NCBI GenBank assembly: GCA_964187785.1
Contig: OZ076409.1
Coordinates: forward strand, 51,586,001-51,650,000
Length of the DNA stretch: 64,000 nucleotides
Reading direction: 5' to 3'
Origin: Amphiscolops sp. MND2022
Taxonomy: Eukaryota
The notes under the pieces were generated by a model that was given only the letters and a program-made list of their open reading frames with translations, did not search any database and was not told the DNA's origin. The position numbers and the translations under genes are program-made. Within the stretch, counting starts at the first letter, position 1. Every line of letters begins with the position of its first letter. Below, one piece after another: positions 26,701 through 38,637 of this stretch.

Positions 26701-29700
26701 TTACAGATCCAGGAGTAATCACTGATGAAAACGTGCGTGGTTTGAGTAAATTCTATTCGAAGTTTCCGCAAACTTTCACCTCGCATGCTTCCAAATCTGT
26801 CAAGTCACAACAGTGCTACAGCTGCAAAAGAGACAAGATTGCAAGATCTAAACACTGCAGTTAGTCATTATTATGTAAATTTAGTGAACTGCCGAAAAAA
26901 GTCAAGCTCACAAGTTAATCAAAGTTTTCAATGTCAAAACGTGCAAATACAAGGTCTTTCAAAAATTATGTGTCAAAACGATCTTCAAATTGTGAGAAAT
27001 TGATCAAGTTCAACGAGAATGTGTTTTTAGTTTTATAGAGAAGCATCGAAACTTTTGATTAATGTTTGTTATATTTCGTTCAATTTTGTTGAGTGGGAAT
27101 TTCAATTTTTCACACTTCCTCTTTCCGGTCATGAACCATCTTGCCAATTCTATATCATCTCAAACAATGTTACAATTCAATTCAGACGATGAAAGTTTAG
27201 TTTTGAAATTTTGGTAGATTATAACTCGATACCAACAGTTCGGAGGAAGTTTCCTAATGAGAAAAAGTGAAAGGTAAAGAGGCAATTCAAAATAAATTGA
27301 CAGAGTTCCAATAAATAATCATCTCTATAACAAGAACGGAGTTCGATCGAGTAAAAAAGGAAGAAACCGTGGCGGGCCACCTCTAGATCTTGTGAATCAA
27401 CAGCAAGTAATGTCATCAAAATCAAATCACTCAAGTTGACAACTATGTACCTTGATATTTCTGAGTCCATATTTCGAACAACAAAGCAAATTGGGCTAAA
27501 GCCCTACAAATCAGAGGCCACAATCTCGGTGGAAATAACATGGAAAAACGAGTCTCATTTGCAGTCTGGTTCAATGCACACTGCTCAGCATTTCAGCAAC
27601 TGCACTGGACCGATGAGAAGTGGTGGGTTTTTGTCTCAAGTCCAAATGAGCAGAATGTCATGTATTGAAGTGCAGTTTCTCCGACTGAGGTCGACGCAGT
27701 TCAATATCATGGGAAACCCTGGCTAACCGATGCTCTGGGACATTCAATATCAGTCAACCAGCAAGTGTGTCTGCATATGCTCCAGAATGAGGATGTACCC
27801 GCCCTCAACGAATCACCTTCACTCAGTGTCACCTTCCTTCCATCACCTTCACCTTCCTTCGCACAGACAATATGCGGTGGTTAGAAACCATGTTTCATGA
27901 CAAGATCATCAGTCGCAAAAGCAATATCCACGGGCCCCCTCAAGGCTCCGACTTTTCGCCTCTGCACTATTGGCTCTGGGGAAGATTGCAGTCGTTTGTT
28001 AATGAACGGAACCCGACGACGATAACTGATATCAAGTTATCAGTTGAAATGGGTATAGGTAGTATTTGTGCCGGAGAAGTTAACAGAGCAGTCATAAATT
28101 TTCGGAAGCGACTACTGCTGTGTGAAGATGAGAATGGAGGTCGTTTCCAGCACCTATTGTAGATGAATAAGCTTTTAATATATCAAAAACAAAAGTTCCA
28201 TATATTGTTGAAAACGTGTTGAGAATCATTACGTTGTGAATAGTAGTTCTGATATTTGAAAATGAAGTTGACACATAATTTCTGAAAGACACTGTAGAAT
28301 CTGAATGTTTTTGTCTATCTGGTCAGTGTTCTAGTCGCGAGAAAATACTCTGCTTGGTGCGTTGAGCGAAGGAGCGAACTTCAATTCGAAAATAGGAACA
28401 AGCCAGGAACGGCCCAAGTCGGCGCCTTGCTCAAATTTTGAAAAACTTTGAAAAAATTCTTACTTCAAAAATAGTTGCCAAGAACCGAAAAACCCAAAAA
28501 ATATACCTTTAAGCCTTGAGGCTGTTAAAAAGTTTTTTCCAAACTGAAAAATTCAAAAAAACTCAAGGTGTACTCTTTGATGTAGCCTAAAAATGTTGCG
28601 AAAAAATCCTAAGGTGGGACTCTTTGGTCTCTTTTTTTGCAAAAATCATTTAAAAAAATGTCCTTCATGGGATTCGAATCCCCTTGCTTTACGGGATCCC
28701 ACACAAGAAAAAATCGAGAAGAGTTGAGCATTTTTTCAATAAGCGTCTTTTAAAAATGGATATCTCCTTGAAAGCAACAGCATTTTCGAAAGAACAGTTT
28801 ACCCGAAAATGCAAGTAAATACGTGCTCACAAAACACTGGGTATCATTGAATCAAACCACCAAAAATTTTTGGAAAAATGAACCTTGACTTTTCGGAGTA
28901 TTCCGCCTATCAACGCTATCTAGTAAGATTTTTTGGGACGCTTCGCATTATGAGAAATTGGACAGCGATGGTTGAACGCTGAAGACAATCAAAAGTTAGA
29001 AAAAAAATCTCTGCAATTTTGAGTCAGTGCATTTTGTTTTTCAGACCACAGAACTCGCATTGATAGTCACTTTTACGCCTTGGATCTAAGACGTACACAA
29101 AGAGATCAAAGGATACTCCCTCTGGGTGTTTCATGTTTTACCGAAGCCTGGAAACTATATCAGGTCGACGGTCTCCGCTTGGGATTTTTTGGCACTGAGC
29201 GACTTTTTTCCGAACAAGCGAAAGGCTCCCTTTGGGTAGTTCGTTTTGTGTTTGTGAGATTCTCTTAAAAATTCCTTTAGCATATTTTAACACAGAGGCG
29301 AAGCCGTGCTTCGCAAACACTTGCGAACTTTTGAAGAAAACCAAATAAGCAATATCATACGGAAAACCAAGGGTAAAAGGAGATTAAAATTTCATCAATT
29401 TTACAGCGCTAAAAAATACCCGAAGGGATACGCGTAAGCCTCGAAAACCTTTCTTCCCCAACTGAAAACAGCAAAAAACCCATTCTTTCTCAACGGAAAA
29501 CCTTAAACAGAAAATAGAAGAAAAATTTCAAAATTTTTCGAAAACATTTTTGATGGTCTCCGGTAAGTCGCAAAGCCTTGAGGAGTCCTCTCGCAAAACG
29601 TTTCGTTTCTTGTAAAAATTGAGCAGGGGCTTCGGTGAAAACAAATTTTAAAAAAGTCGCATATAAAAAAGATCGGTCTTTTAAAAAACGGTCTTTTAAA

Positions 29701-32700
29701 ACTAAAAATTGAGAAAAAAATTTCCGAATTTTTTCGAAGTTTCCGCTAAGTCGCATAGTGCCGAAAAATGTGAAAAAGGGACCCTTTAGGATTTTATAAC
29801 ATTCGTTCTGTTGCAAGATATCAAAAAATTGAAAGGAGGACGCTTTGGGGACATTAAAAAATTTTTGAAAAAAATAAGGGAGTCTAAAAAATTTTTTGAA
29901 AAAAATTAGAATTTTGAACAGTCTCATAGTGCCGAAAATTCTAAAAAAAGGGACCCTTTGGGATTTTTTAACATTCGTTCTCTTGCAAAATATCAAAAAA
30001 ATTGAAAGGAGGACTCTTTGGGGACATTTAAAAAATTTCGAAAAAAAGGTCACAAAGCCGAAAAAAGTCTCACAAAGCCGAAAAGTCTCATAGTGCCGAG
30101 AAAAGTCAGAACATTCTGCTTCGGAATACTTGTAAAAAAATTAGCGCAAACCCACGGGTTCGAACACGAAACCTCTGGGTTAAAAAGCAAGCATCTTACC
30201 ACTAGACCACGAACGCGTGAAACGTGCGAGTTGCCGCGTGAAATCAGAGAGTTGTCGCGCGGAAAAAAAAGCACCCGCACTTTCCCATAACACTTGCTCA
30301 TCGCAAGTGTAACAAGCCGGGAACGGCCTAAGTCGGCGCCATATCTAAGGCTCAAAAAGACGAGAACCACTTTTTCTACAACTGGAGACAAAAGCTCTCA
30401 AAAAACTAAAAATTGAGAAAAAAAATTTCTGATTTTTTTGGATTTTTTTTGAAGTTTCCGGTAAGTCGCATAGTGCCGAAAAATGTAAAAGGGGGACGCT
30501 TTGGGATTTTTTGAACATCCATTCTGTTGCAAAATATCAAAATTGATGGGAGGAACAATTTAAAAAATTTCGGAAAAAAAATCAGTCTCACAGTGCCGAA
30601 AAAAGGAGGAAAGTCTCAGTGTCGAAAAAAGTGGACCCTTCTGCTTTGGAATGGCTTTTTATCTCATGTTAGAGGCTTTGGATGCCGTGAAAATGAAGTA
30701 CTAAGTACATATGGTAAAAGTTGGTAAATGTGCATTAATGCACAAAAAGTGGACGTTACGCGTTGAACTGACGAAAAAAAAACTAGCCACTGTAAGAGTC
30801 GGGATTTTCTTCGAAAGCGCCGACTAAAAACCACTTTCTAAGTAGGGCGCCGGCTATGAACGTTCTTTTCTTGTTTGTTGTCTCACTGCGCTGAAAAAAA
30901 TTGCATCTTTGTTGAAGAAATGAGAACTTGAAAGTTACACCAAAAAAAACTTTTTTGTCTCGCAATGCCGAAAAATCAAAACTGTGGAACGTGCGTTTTT
31001 TATTTTCTGATATGAAAACTGCACATTGCGACAAGTTTTACCGGGCAATAAGTGGCAGAAAAAGTCAAATGATTGCGTTATAAAATAGCACGTCATAAAC
31101 GCCAACCTTTCAACCGACATTGTTAACGCCGTCATCCGCCGAATAACTTTAAATGCTGGAATGTGTTTTGAAAATAACTTATTACCGACTGATTCATGTT
31201 TTATCCCATCTTTATTACATTCAGGGTTCTGACACCGCTAATCTCAACCGTTAATCGCTAAACCGCTAATTTCGCTATCGCTAATCGGGTGGAACACAAT
31301 TCGCTGGTTCACAACTACAAAATAGAAACACTTTTTCAAAAGGCAGAGAGAAGACTGACTGCCAAAAAGCATGCGGCTGTTTATGCATAAAACCAAAAAA
31401 CCGTACACCAATTTTTCAGCGGTTCCAGCCAGGGAACTGGTGCCAAAGGTTTCTGTATCGCTAATAAACTAGTTACCGCTAAAGCAAGTCGCTAATGAAA
31501 CCTTACCGTTTCGCTAAACCGCTTATTTGAGAAACGTACCATTCAAATGTATCCACAAATGTTACCAATCTCATTGTCTTCTGAATCGTTTGAGTAGTTC
31601 GGTCCTTGATTTTTGGGCAAAAAATGTAAATTCCTTTTGAAAAACCACTTTACAGGTTTCTGCAACAAGTGTATGTGGCGAGCTGACCATCATTGTGTGT
31701 GGATCAACAATTGTGTGGCTGGCAACAACACCTTTGCATTTCACTGCTTCTTAGCCTCTCTTATCATCGAGCTGGCATTCGGGGCATTCACCATTTTCAA
31801 CGTCATCTCCGACTTGGTCAGATTCACTCGTCTATGGGAACTGAGGTACCAAGATTTGAACACAATGCAGACATATCCTATGGACCATTATGCCATCACT
31901 CAGGTAAAAAAGGAGCTTGATTGATCATTTTTTTTCAAGTGATTTCTAGCGAATCCCGAGTCTTGAGGGTGACCTCTTTATTATTTTTGATCTTGTGGAA
32001 CTGATGAGTTTTTTTTAATGATCGTGGAAAATACCTCTTTTCAGTTTTTTTCGGCTCTGCGCGTCTTTCCGAAACTTTCATTTGGTTGAAGGGTACCCCT
32101 TTGCTTTCATAAATGATTTCGACTTTAAAAACGTAGTTTTGCAAGCTGAAACGTTTTTCGCCATCATGATTATGGACGGTCATTTAAACACATCCACCGT
32201 TTTTGTCTCGGACGTTCAAGTACATTTTTCAGATTTATGTAATTATTTTTGAACGAATCGTGAACGGCGTAAGTCAATGCTTCGCTCAAAGCTCAATGAG
32301 CGTGAAGCCATTTTTGAGCGCGAATCAGAGCCATTCTTGTAACCGTTTTTGAAAAAATTTAAATTAAAAATCTCAGTGTCGAAAAATATTCAAAGGAATG
32401 AACCATTTGGGTTTAAAAGCACTTTCCAAATGAAAATATCCGTTAAACCAAAGGAGAGACCCTTTTGTGATATAGAAAAATTCACAGGTGTCGAAAAAGT
32501 CCTTTGGCGCTATAGAATTTTGTGATTCGAATGAAAGTGGCGAAAAAAAACGGAAGGGGACTTTGAATCCTTTGGCCGCATCGACTGCATTGGATGAAAA
32601 GAAAGGAAACGCCACTATGTTAGTCGTCATATTTCATATAGCGCTGACTAAAATTGAGTAACCCGAGCAGAAAAATTTTGGCCTTTTTTTGGCTTTTGTT

Positions 32701-32888
32701 CTGCGATGTTTCTTTTAACTTATTTTTCGATTTTTGCGAAAAAGCAATCGATCGTAGGGAAATTCAAGAAAAGACTGTCTCGGTTCAGCTATGTCCTAGA
32801 ACATTGAAATTTTCAAACTCAGCAATATCAAACATGTAGTTCTAAAACTGTTCAGTGATAACATTATATTGGAGAATCGTTTTGCTCT

Positions 32889-32923
<35 letters not shown>

Positions 32924-35900
32924 AACGTTTAATATCATCCAGTTTGCGCTGCGGGGGATTAGCTCTGAAGTTGTTCACATGAAATGTTTGACTGAAATTG
33001 AATAAGTAAGGCTTTGATTTTGGAATGGTCTGAGACCAATGAAATTTTCATTGGTAGTGGAGCTTCAAATACTAATGGATCTTTCTTTTCATCGAATAAT
33101 TCTGCTCCTTTTTGTGTTACTGGGGTATTGAACTAGCAGAATCAGCCGCTGCGGATAGGTCAAGCCGTTTTCTATTCTATTTTTTATTCGGCGCTTTCGC
33201 AGAAAGAGACGACTATAGTAGTGGCTTTTAAAGACCGACGTAGTAACAGATTTTATAAGCTTCATAAGCTGTGGGCAATGTCCCTTTTGACAATCTACAT
33301 ACTACAATTGAGCTGTAAAAAGTGCTAACGAGTCGCCTTCAATAATAGCACAACCCATACCGGATTTAACGCAAACCGGATATAACGAATTTCGGATATA
33401 ACGTATACCGGATATAACGTTTCTTGGAGAATTTTTCAAAGCTGTAAAAAGTGCTAAGCATAAGTTTCTCATGTAACATCTAACACGTACTTAAATTCTG
33501 ATGAAACGTTTTCAAAGTTCGGGTGTAACGTTTTCAAAGTTCGGATATAGCGTTTTCATTTTTCGTATAACGTTATCGATTTTTCCCCAAAATTTCACTT
33601 AATTTGCGTCCCATGTAAAAAGCTTTAGGCATGTAAAAAGCTTTAGGGTCAGGTTTTCAGTACTTTTGGATTTTCGAAAAATCTTTTTTCAACAAGTGAT
33701 ACTAAAACCACGTCCCCCGGGTACACTTTTGTGCATTAGAGTGCATAGACAAGCTAAATGGCTCAAAGCACAATTTTGTGCTTTCAATACCTCGGATTTC
33801 ACGACCATACCTTTAACAGTGCAAAATTGGCAAATGACGTCATAAGTCCCGGATTCCACTTATTTTGTGGATTCCAGTAACAAATGCTTAGCTGTACGCA
33901 CTGTCGGTATGCTGCTCAATCTTCGTGTCCCAGATTCCACGACAAGCAGCAAAATAGCTTGCCTATGCACTGTAATGTGCCTTGGGCGGGGCGTCGACTT
34001 GGGCCTTCCACGGGTTGTTCTATGTTCTCATAGATTCGTCATGAAGTTTATGTTGAATCATGCTGTTAATAATCTAAATATAATGCTTTCTAGTGTCATT
34101 AATGAGTCACACATCAAAGAATGAGGTCATTGCAGCCTCGTATATGATTGAAGCAAATTCTTTTCTTCCACCTCAGAAGAATTTTTTTGGCACTGCCAGA
34201 AATTTCATTTTAAGGACGAGCTGAGCTAGATATTTAAATATCTTGCTTTGTTCGTCCTTAAAATTAGATTTCTGGAGGTGCCAGAAACAATTTCCAAAAA
34301 CAGTTAATTCGAACATAATCACAGTCAAAATGTGCCCAAAATGTTTTGTTCAAACGAAAAAGTGAAATTTTTCCGGAATGATAAAATTCATGGTTTCACA
34401 TGTTTCATTTCCATAAACAATCCAACAAGCCGGGAACGGTATAAGTCGGCGCCATACATAAGGCTCAAAAATAGCACAATGACTTCAAAGTGTCAGGTAT
34501 GCTCTTCTACGGTACCCGAAAAACCCAAAAATTGGACCGACCTGGCGCGCTAATAGGGAGGAGGGACCCTTTCGAATTTTTCAACATTCATTCTCTCGCA
34601 AAACATCCAAAAATAGAAGGGGACCCTTTGGAGAAAAAAATCGAAAAAAGTCTCACGATCAGTGAATTAGGTTTTCCCAAAAAACGCGCTTATCGCTTGT
34701 TGCGCTTATGACTGGCACGTTTACGCTTAAGCGGCGCTTTTTGGTAGAAAACGCTGGCTCAGCGAAGTTGATTCTCAAAAGCTGCATTTTTTTGAAAAAC
34801 ATTACGAACTTTTGAAAATTTCGATCGGTTACTTCCTTATCTCAACAAACTACCACCACCAGAGACAAATTTTACTATTGTACTAGTGTCGGGTGAAATT
34901 CTCAGTACAAAAAAACTTGCCACTGTTAGAGTTGGACACTTTTTGTAACCAAAATAGCTATAATTTCTGACCAATTAGATAAGCGCAAATTTCAGTCGTC
35001 GCTTTCGCTGTCGGCGCTTATCCGGATATTACGTCGCTTTCGCTTTTTTTGCGCTTTCGCTACAAGCGACCTAATTCACTGCTCACGATGCCGAAAAAAG
35101 TGAAAGGGGTCCCTTTGGGATTTTTCAACGTTCATTTTGTCGCAAAACATCAAAAAAATGAAGGGGGACCCTCTGTAGAAAATTTTCGAAAAAAACGAAA
35201 AATGAGAATTTTGAAGTGTCACAGTGCCGAAAAATGTAAAAGGGGGACCCTTCGAAATTTTTGAACATCCATTCTGCTGCAAAATATCACAAATTGAAGT
35301 GTGGACTCTTTGCAGACATTAAAAAAATTATTAAAAAAGGACACCTCGTAAAACACTCAACATTTATAAGTTCGATTTTCAGTGGAGTATTTATGGAAAT
35401 AAATATGTAAAACCATGAATTTTACCATTCCGGAAAAAGTTTCACTTTTTCGTTTGAACAAAACATTTTGGGCAGATTTTGGCTGTGACGGTGTTCGAAT
35501 TAACTTTTTTGGGGCTCATTTTTGGGGTTTCTTAATCATGCATGTATGGCTTCATAAGTAGAAATAGTGCGAACAAAGTCAGTATCTGGACCCTAAACTG
35601 TCACCCTGAAAAAAGTTTTCAAAATGGAGGTTTCTGGTACGGTTTTATCTTTTTGCTTTAATATTTTCACAAATTTTCCAAAAAAGTATTTGGTGGTGGG
35701 GCTTTAAACAAAAAAGAACCCTGTAAGTGTTGTTCTACTCCTAAAACTCTAAACAGCTAGTGGAGATCTTTATTGATATAAAGCGAGCGAATGTGTTATA
35801 ATGAGATCACAATTTGATAATTGGCTGAGAGCTTCGCCTGCGTTCAATCAATAATGCAAAAAGTAGTTCCTGAGTTTGAAATTATATTGAAAAGCTGTTG

Positions 35901-36481
35901 AAAATTCAAAAAATTCCTTAGTCTTTTTTGGAAAATTTGTTCAGATTTTTTGCTGTTCAAACCTACTTGAAATCTAGATAATACTCGAAGAAAACTTTTT
36001 CTTAGCGATTAGCAAAAAATCAGCGATGTGAAAAGCCTCATATTTTCTTATTCATATTTTTTTCCTGTTTCAGCACATGGTCAAAGAATTCCCACGAATT
36101 ATGATATTCGGAGCGTTCTATGCTCTTCTATCTGTTGGAATATTTGTATTCTTCATCTTTCATCAATTTCTAGTTCTCTCAAACTACACAACCCGTGAAA
36201 TGTTCACAAAGTCTCCTGAGCTGAGTAAAAATGCTGCTAAAGCTAATCAAAGTGATAAAAAGTGCACCAAGAAAAGTGATGTGGCAGTCAAATGTGGAAA
36301 AACTATCACGGACCTTCTTGCCGAAGAAAACAGAAACAAAAAATCATCGAATCAAAATGACCTCATCACAAAACTTACTTTTTCAAGCTCTCCCTATAAT
36401 TATGGATTTCTATTGAATATATTTGATGCCTTTTTGCCCAAATTATGCTATAAAATCAGATTACGATTAAAAATAGCTTGA
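12684..36481 (+). CDS. ZDHHC4: DHHC palmitoyltransferase, ZDHHC4-like; exons 12684-12809, 13009-13094, 13237-13409, 26707-26859, 31656-31903, 36074-36481
   Basis: Spliced product has an N-terminal [52 protein letters not shown] and PYNYG. All introns are GT-AG with consistent phases. Subfamily call is from recalled similarity. Confidence 0.85.
13009..13094 (+). CDS. ZDHHC4: ZDHHC4-like exon 2
   Basis: tttcag| [29 protein letters not shown] |gttag. Confidence 0.75.
13237..13409 (+). CDS. ZDHHC4: ZDHHC4-like exon 3
   Basis: [16 protein letters not shown]...IIWLTCVFS, two TM segments (different frame from the track ORF). Confidence 0.8.
13540..13800 (+). mobile_element. 5'-truncated 3' end of an RTEX-like LINE with (CATT)n tail
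   Basis: [20 protein letters not shown] matches ILPQYFSYYPNLIKLDQLMN of the LINE at 59.8 kb; shared 3' UTR hairpin. Confidence 0.75.
14195..14778 (-). mobile_element. Internally deleted Tc1/mariner-superfamily element
   Basis: TA|TACCTTTTGTCAA...TTGACAAAAGGTA|TA, ~115-bp imperfect TIRs; internal HTH-like peptide [21 protein letters not shown]. Confidence 0.8.
14868..20090 (+). mobile_element. CR1-group (L2/Crack-like) LINE, decayed: ORF1 14868-15739, endonuclease 15842-16310, RT 16490-17120 plus 18841-19972
   Basis: ORF1 [82 protein letters not shown]. Frameshifts and a deletion of the EN C-terminal half; 3' end approximate. Confidence 0.92.
17116..18840 (+). mobile_element. Head-to-tail trimer of HINE type A inserted in the LINE RT
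   Basis: One 5' end, three 3' ends (17739, 18310, 18840); removal rejoins [12 protein letters not shown]; only T residues at the junctions. Confidence 0.9.
20650..20751. repeat. (TAA)n microsatellite
   Basis: About 100 bp of TAA repeats. Confidence 0.95.
20850..21600 (-). pseudogene. Degenerate Tc1-like transposase
   Basis: Minus strand reads [10 protein letters not shown]...[12 protein letters not shown], with many stops; boundaries approximate. Confidence 0.6.
22858..24503 (-). CDS. Divergent actin / actin-like protein, 376 aa; exons 24503-24434, 24232-23741, 23426-22858
   Basis: [75 protein letters not shown]. Exons total 1131 nt with an open frame and two phase-1 GT-AG introns. Confidence 0.93.
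23471..23654. repeat. ~74-bp direct duplication in actin intron 2 (23471-23544, 23581-23654)
   Basis: Near-identical copies. Confidence 0.85.
26707..26859 (+). CDS. ZDHHC4: ZDHHC4-like exon 4
   Basis: DPGVITDEN...[15 protein letters not shown]. Confidence 0.9.
26950..28294 (+). mobile_element. Decayed mariner-like element (~1.35 kb)
   Basis: TA|CAAGGTCTTTCAAAAATTATGTGTCAA...TTGACACATAATTTCTGAAAGACACTG|TA; WTDEK-like and [16 protein letters not shown] (WPPRSPDL-type) motifs, [10 protein letters not shown] end. Confidence 0.85.
30144..30216 (-). pseudogene. tRNA-derived segment inside repeat DNA
   Basis: A box TGGTCTAGTGG, B box GTTCGAACC, 73 nt followed by a T-run; stems imperfect. Confidence 0.55.
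30311..30830 (-). mobile_element. HINE type A element
   Basis: AACAAGCCGGGAACGGC..AGTCGGCGC at left, GCGCCGACTAAAAA at right. Confidence 0.8.
31656..31903 (+). CDS. ZDHHC4: ZDHHC4-like exon 5 (DHHC motif)
   Basis: [24 protein letters not shown]. Confidence 0.95.
32891..32921. repeat. (GA)n microsatellite
   Basis: Dinucleotide run. Confidence 0.9.
34303..35504. mobile_element. Foldback/MITE arms (34303-34417, 35390-35504) enclosing a HINE type A
   Basis: ~115-bp imperfect inverted repeat; HINE 3' end at 34424 (minus strand). Confidence 0.7.
34660..35081 (-). mobile_element. hAT-type MITE, copy 2 (inverted relative to copy 1)
   Basis: Same TIRs as 1948-2371; 8-bp TSD CTCACGAT (34652-34659, 35082-35089). 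Confidence 0.92.
36074..36481 (+). CDS. ZDHHC4: ZDHHC4-like terminal exon
   Basis: tttcag|[29 protein letters not shown]. Confidence 0.9.
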   Translation, partial: HMVKEFPRIMIFGAFYALLSVGIFVFFIFHQFLVLSNYTTREMFTKSPELSKNAAKANQSDKKCTKKSDVAVKCGKTITDLLAEENRNKKSSNQNDLITKLTFSSSPYNYGFLLNIFDAFLPKLCYKIRLRLKIA

Positions 36482-38145
36482 TCTATTTTTCTCGAATGAT
36501 CGAGAATTGAAATATTCGAAAAGTTATCAAGTCTCGAAAATGATGATCAACAATGTACGAGGAGACAAACTCCTGCAACCTCTCAATAGATTAAGTCTCG
36601 AAACATCTTGTATTTTGTTGGCTGTTTAAAAAATTTAGCGACTTGTCGCACATTATCTAATGAAATTTATTCCCTTGAAAAAAGAATTGTTGAAAATTCG
36701 ATCAAAAACTTTTTTCTGGAAATTGTAAAAAGTATACATTCATGAGTTTTTGATGAGTTGACTGCATAATTTGTAAATAATTTCAGACCTGATGATGCTA
36801 TAGATTACCGAAACAGTGTGAATTGAAGTTTCCCATTCATGAATCTACATGGAAACTACTTGGAGAAAGGTCAGACTGTGCCACAGTAAATGTGAATTGC
36901 CACTTCTACTTTTTTAGACTAATACGAATATGTCTAATTGTCACTTTTCAACTTACCGAAAACAAGTGTCTGTTGAAAATGAAACTCTCGTGAAATTTAT
37001 CGGTGCTTGAAGGTTTTTATTGAGATGTGAATGTTCCCAACAATAATGGATGGCACTTACGTTTATATTAATTTCAGGGCATACCTCAAGCACAGTTTAC
37101 GTTGAATGACGAAGTGTGTGTCCAGAAAAAGTTTCATGTGATAATTTGATGAAAAATTACCAAAATATGTTTGCTCCAGTTTCAGTTTTTAACTGACATG
37201 AATCCGTGGTTTGACCGCTAAGCGTAATTTAATTCAGCAACTGCTAATGTTCAAAAGCGGTAGCTAGTTGTAACTGATAACCACAGTCAATAGCTAAATT
37301 TTCAATTTATATTTCTCGCCTTGAAATTTTTGTGATGCTCTGTAAGGAAATAGCAGTCACCTAATTCAGAAACCCCTTTCGTTTGTGTCTGCAATTCAAG
37401 AAAAACCACATGAGCGTCTCGATAACCTACCGATTTCAGGAACTTAACAAAAGTGTTTTCCGAACAAAAAGAGAAGACCTCACAAAAAAAAATATTTTCA
37501 AAGAGCGATAGCGTCAAACCACTGTTATGAATGTACTGGCACTGGTGTATTTTTTTTCCTTATTCTTTTCAAATATCGGTATCATCATTTAGTATATGCT
37601 ACCGGTGAGAATGGAGCTGAAGTGCACTAAATTTTGTCTCAACTCATTCATTTTCCGAAAGTAGCTTATTCCCTGGAAACAATCCGGAAACGGCCTAAGT
37701 CGGCGCCCCGCTCAAGGTTCACAAAAATCAAGTTTTTTAAAGATGCAGAGACACTAGTGTGAGAATGTTATCAGAATTCCGGTACTGGAAAGTACCGAAA
37801 GGGATACCATGAGAATAAACAATCCGGGAACAGCCCAAGTCGGCGCTATATCTAAGGCTCAAAAAGCGCAAAGTTTTAAAAATTGCTCAAGTCTCATAGT
37901 GCCAAAAAACGCAGAAGATGGGACCTTCATCGAAAACTTCGGGAGAAAGTCTCACAATGCCGAAAAAGCTAAAACCAAACCTTCTGAGTTGTCTATAAAA
38001 CGAAAAAAAAAGTTTTTTAAACTATGGTATCCAAAAGTGGCACCCTTTGGAAACACCCGAGATTGCTGTCTAGTAAGGTAGGAAGGCCTATAGGAACTCA
38101 GTAAAAAGTGGACCTTTCAGTGTGAGGTCTGTCTGTTCTGGAGAA

Positions 38146-38637
38146 AACAAGACGAGAACGTCTAAAGTCGGCGCTATATCTAAGGCTCAAAAAGCGCAAA
38201 ACATTTTCGAAAAAACTTGAAATTTTCGAAAAAAACTTGAAATTTTTGAAAAATTTTTTTAAGGAAAATGTCGCACAGTGCAGAAAAAATCAAAAGGGGG
38301 GACCCTTTAGCCTCGGACGGTTTTGTAGATTACGTTAAAAAAGTACAAAATGAAAGGGGGGACCCTTTGGAGACAAAAAAAATTCGAAAAAAAGTCGCAC
38401 AGTGCCGAAAAAAAATCGAAAGGGGGGACTCTGTAGTCCCGTCCGGTTTTGTAGGTTACCTTGAAAAAGGTTTGCACTAAATTTGCCTTGGCCTCTTTGC
38501 CGGACTGGGCGCCTTGGGTGGTTTCAGGATTGTTTCTAAAAAAGTGGACCGATCAGTGTGAGGCTGAAGAAAAAAAAAGGTCACTGCTATAGTCGGGCAT
38601 TTTTCCTTAAAAAGAAAAAAACGCGCCGACTAAAAAA
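38146..38637 (-). mobile_element. HINE type A element (further 3' ends at ~37678 and ~37818)
   Basis: AACAAGACGAGAACGTCT..AGTCGGCGC to GCGCCGACTAAAAAA. Confidence 0.8.

Noticed and set aside
26785..27003. 72-aa ORF from the track
   Set aside because: Alternative frame over ZDHHC4 exon 4 plus intron.
30144..30216. Functional tRNA-Lys(TTT) gene
   Set aside because: Acceptor, anticodon and T stems pair poorly and it sits within repeat DNA; kept only as tRNA-derived.
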